From Setoptus koraiensis (Eukaryota; Animalia; Arthropoda): a stretch of 64,000 bases of DNA. The notes beneath the pieces were generated by a model that was not told the DNA's origin, did not search any database, and saw only the letters and a list, made by a program, of their open reading frames with translations. Every line of letters begins with the position of its first letter. The stretch's first letter is position 1. The position numbers and the translations under genes are program-made. This document shows, one piece after another, positions 61,851 to 64,000 of this stretch. Location: assembly GCA_048013815.1 (NCBI GenBank), contig CM106586.1:5084001-5148000 (forward strand). Reading direction: 5' to 3'.

Positions 61851-64000
61851 ATGGCCGAGGATGGTTGGAAGAAACGTGTCCGTTGTGAGATATATCGTAT
61901 TATGAAATTGAAGAAATTACAACGTGATGAACTAGCCCAGAATGCATTCCTCGAGAATAAGAAAATCATCGCCAAATCAATTATTCAAAGAAACAAGTAT
62001 CTTAAAAGTTTACCTCAGATCCCCAACATAAAAATGGAAGACCCCGAGCATCATCCTGTAATGAAAAAAGCAAAAATCAAACAAATTGTCGATAGCAATA
62101 AGAGAGAGTCCCTGATCAATTATACATTACCAATTAGAACAATGTTCTCCGTTTTACCGATGCCAACAATGTATTCATGGGCCGAAATACAGAGAAACTT
62201 TTTAGCGGATGACGAAACTGTTCTTCACAACATACCATACATGGGTGACCATATACTTGATGAGGATCTCAATTTCATCGAGGAACTATTGGATAACTAC
62301 GATGGCAAAGTACATAGTGACAAAGAAAAATCAGAATTGACTGAGGATTTGTTTGTAGAAGTAATCAACGCCTTACTGAAGTATATAGAAGAAACTAAAG
62401 CAACTCAAGCTGCCAAAGCTGCCAACGCCAAAGTAAATCCCCCTACTCACGACTTGAAATTATCAAATGGCTCCTCTGCTTGTGTTACCAATGGCCACTC
62501 TCACACAAACGGTAACGGGTGCCATGCTAGTACTTCAGACTGTGCTAGTTCATCAACAAGTTCTGAATCAAAATCAGACAAATTGACTTACTCAGCTAGG
62601 AGAGATTCAACTTTGAGGCGCACCGCCGAACGACTTGCCAATATTTATTTGATTAGAGGCGAAGCCAACAGGCAACCACCGATAACACCCCCAGATCCTG
62701 ATCTCATGTTCGCCGCGATGTCAGCTGTACTACAGGATCAAGGTAATGCAGAGGACATCAAAGCGAAATATTATCGTCTTATCCGTCCACAACCTGATGA
62801 GCCTACGCCTCCACTGGAATCCAACCCGAACATAGATGGTGAAAAAGCACAATCTGCTTCGCGCGAGCAAACTATGCACTCTTTTCACACACTATTTTGC
62901 AGAAGATGCTATGAATATGATTGTTGTCTCCACCCGCCTATTAAATCTGTTCCTAGGAGAAATTACCGTAATAGTGAAGAACCAACTGAACCACATAAAT
63001 GTGAACAATGCCGAGCAAATGCTAACGAGTCGCTTAATGGTGGTGATGCTGGTGAAGACAGAAAAATTATAACCGACTTTAGTGATTGGACAGGCGCTGA
63101 AATGTCATTAGCGAGAGTTTTCAACACCGTTTATCGGAGTAATTACTGTATGATTGCAGAAGTAATAGAAACTAAGACATGTTCTCAAGTTCGGGACTTC
63201 ATTCTCAATGAAAATCTGAAAAAAGATGATAAGGACCAAACTGACAAATGTGATGTAGAGAGTCGTGCCAAAAAGAAGAGACGCCGCGCTTGGTCTCTCC
63301 ATCGTAGGAAACGACAAATTAAGCGTGAAGGGTCCCATAGTCACCTTAGGAATTATGTACCTTGCGATCATCCAGGAAAGCCATGTGATGCAGATTGCCC
63401 CTGCGTCAGCTCTCAAAACTTTTGTGAGAAGTATTGTAATTGCAGCCCGGATTGCCAGCATAGATTCCCGGGTTGTCGTTGTAAGGCTCAATGTAATACT
63501 AAACAATGCCCTTGCTATTTGGCCGTAAGAGAATGTGACGCCGATCTCTGTACTGCATGCGGTTCGGAACACACGCAATGTAGAAATGTTTGTATACAAA
63601 GAAGTTTGAAAAAGCATCTACTATTAGCTCCTTCGGACGTTGCCGGTTGGGGAATATTTTTGAAAGATGGTGCCTTAAGACATGAATTTATAAGTGAGTA
63701 TTGTGGCGAAATAATATCACAAGACGAAGCAGATCGCCGAGGAAAAGTATACGACAAATATGCATGTAGTTTTCTATTTAACTTGAACGACGAATATGTT
63801 GTGGATGCCACTAGGAAGGGCAACAAAATCAGATTTGCAAATCATTCTGTCAACCCCAATTGCTATGCGAAAGTCATGATGGTCAATGGAGATCACAGAA
63901 TCGGTATCTTCGCCAAACGACAAATATATGGAGGGGAGGAGCTATTTTTCGACTATCGTTACGGCCCGACTGAACAGCTTAAGTTCGTTGGTATAGAGCG
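61851..64000 (+). CDS. E(z): Enhancer of zeste, PRC2 H3K27 methyltransferase; 3'-partial, runs off the window; no intron in the visible CDS
   Basis: Hand translation is open from ATG 61851 to 64000: WKKRVRCEIY (SBD/EBD start), MYSWAEIQRNFLADDETVLHNIPYMGD (SAL/SRM), HSFHTLFCRRCYEYDCCLH (MCSS), WTGAE (SANT2), CXC (PCDHPGKPCDADCPC..CRCKAQCNTKQCPCYLAVREC), SET (LLLAPSDVAGWGIF, FISEYCGE, RFANHS, ELFFDYRY). In-frame TAA at 61842 fixes the start. Confidence 0.97.
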   Translation, partial: MAEDGWKKRVRCEIYRIMKLKKLQRDELAQNAFLENKKIIAKSIIQRNKYLKSLPQIPNIKMEDPEHHPVMKKAKIKQIVDSNKRESLINYTLPIRTMFSVLPMPTMYSWAEIQRNFLADDETVLHNIPYMGDHILDEDLNFIEELLDNYDGKVHSDKEKSELTEDLFVEVINALLKYIEETKATQAAKAANAKVNPPTHDLKLSNGSSACVTNGHSHTNGNGCHASTSDCASSSTSSESKSDKLTYSARRDSTLRRTAERLANIYLIRGEANRQPPITPPDPDLMFAAMSAVLQDQGNAEDIKAKYYRLIRPQPDEPTPPLESNPNIDGEKAQSASREQTMHSFHTLFCRRCYEYDCCLHPPIKSVPRRNYRNSEEPTEPHKCEQCRANANESLNGGDAGEDRKIITDFSDWTGAEMSLARVFNTVYRSNYCMIAEVIETKTCSQVRDFILNENLKKDDKDQTDKCDVESRAKKKRRRAWSLHRRKRQIKREGSHSHLRNYVPCDHPGKPCDADCPCVSSQNFCEKYCNCSPDCQHRFPGCRCKAQCNTKQCPCYLAVRECDADLCTACGSEHTQCRNVCIQRSLKKHLLLAPSDVAGWGIFLKDGALRHEFISEYCGEIISQDEADRRGKVYDKYACSFLFNLNDEYVVDATRKGNKIRFANHSVNPNCYAKVMMVNGDHRIGIFAKRQIYGGEELFFDYRYGPTEQLKFVGIE

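Overview
Eukaryotic (arthropod, most likely mite; taxon is inference) genomic DNA with two sharply different compartments. (1) About 1-59,150 is GC/CpG-rich and saturated with microsatellites, minisatellites and palindromes. It is spanned by one plus-strand discoidin domain receptor (Ddr)-family gene that I rebuilt by hand from five phase-compatible exons: 5757-6642 (tentative), 39370-39523, 50493-50730, 55033-55183 and 56366-59148, about 1403 aa. The product has the DS domain, DS-like domain, TM helix and DDR juxtamembrane Tyr motifs, but stops before any kinase domain. Its 32.7-kb first intron holds an intronless same-strand fatty-acid elongase (ELOVL, 7891-8949) and an antisense tRNA-Lys(UUU) (22551-22623). 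(2) About 59,150-64,000 is AT-rich and compact. It holds 26S proteasome ATPase Rpt4/PSMC6 (minus strand, one 108-nt intron) head-to-head with Enhancer of zeste E(z)/EZH2 (intronless CDS from 61851 running off the window end; absent from the ORF track). The non-coding DNA shows a strong excess of perfect 16-24-bp palindromes, two 23-bp-arm hairpins, and homotypic clusters of bZIP (TTACGTAA/TTGCGCAA) and ACAGGTG E-box motifs. I found no transposase, CRISPR array or rRNA. All counts were made by eye and are minima.
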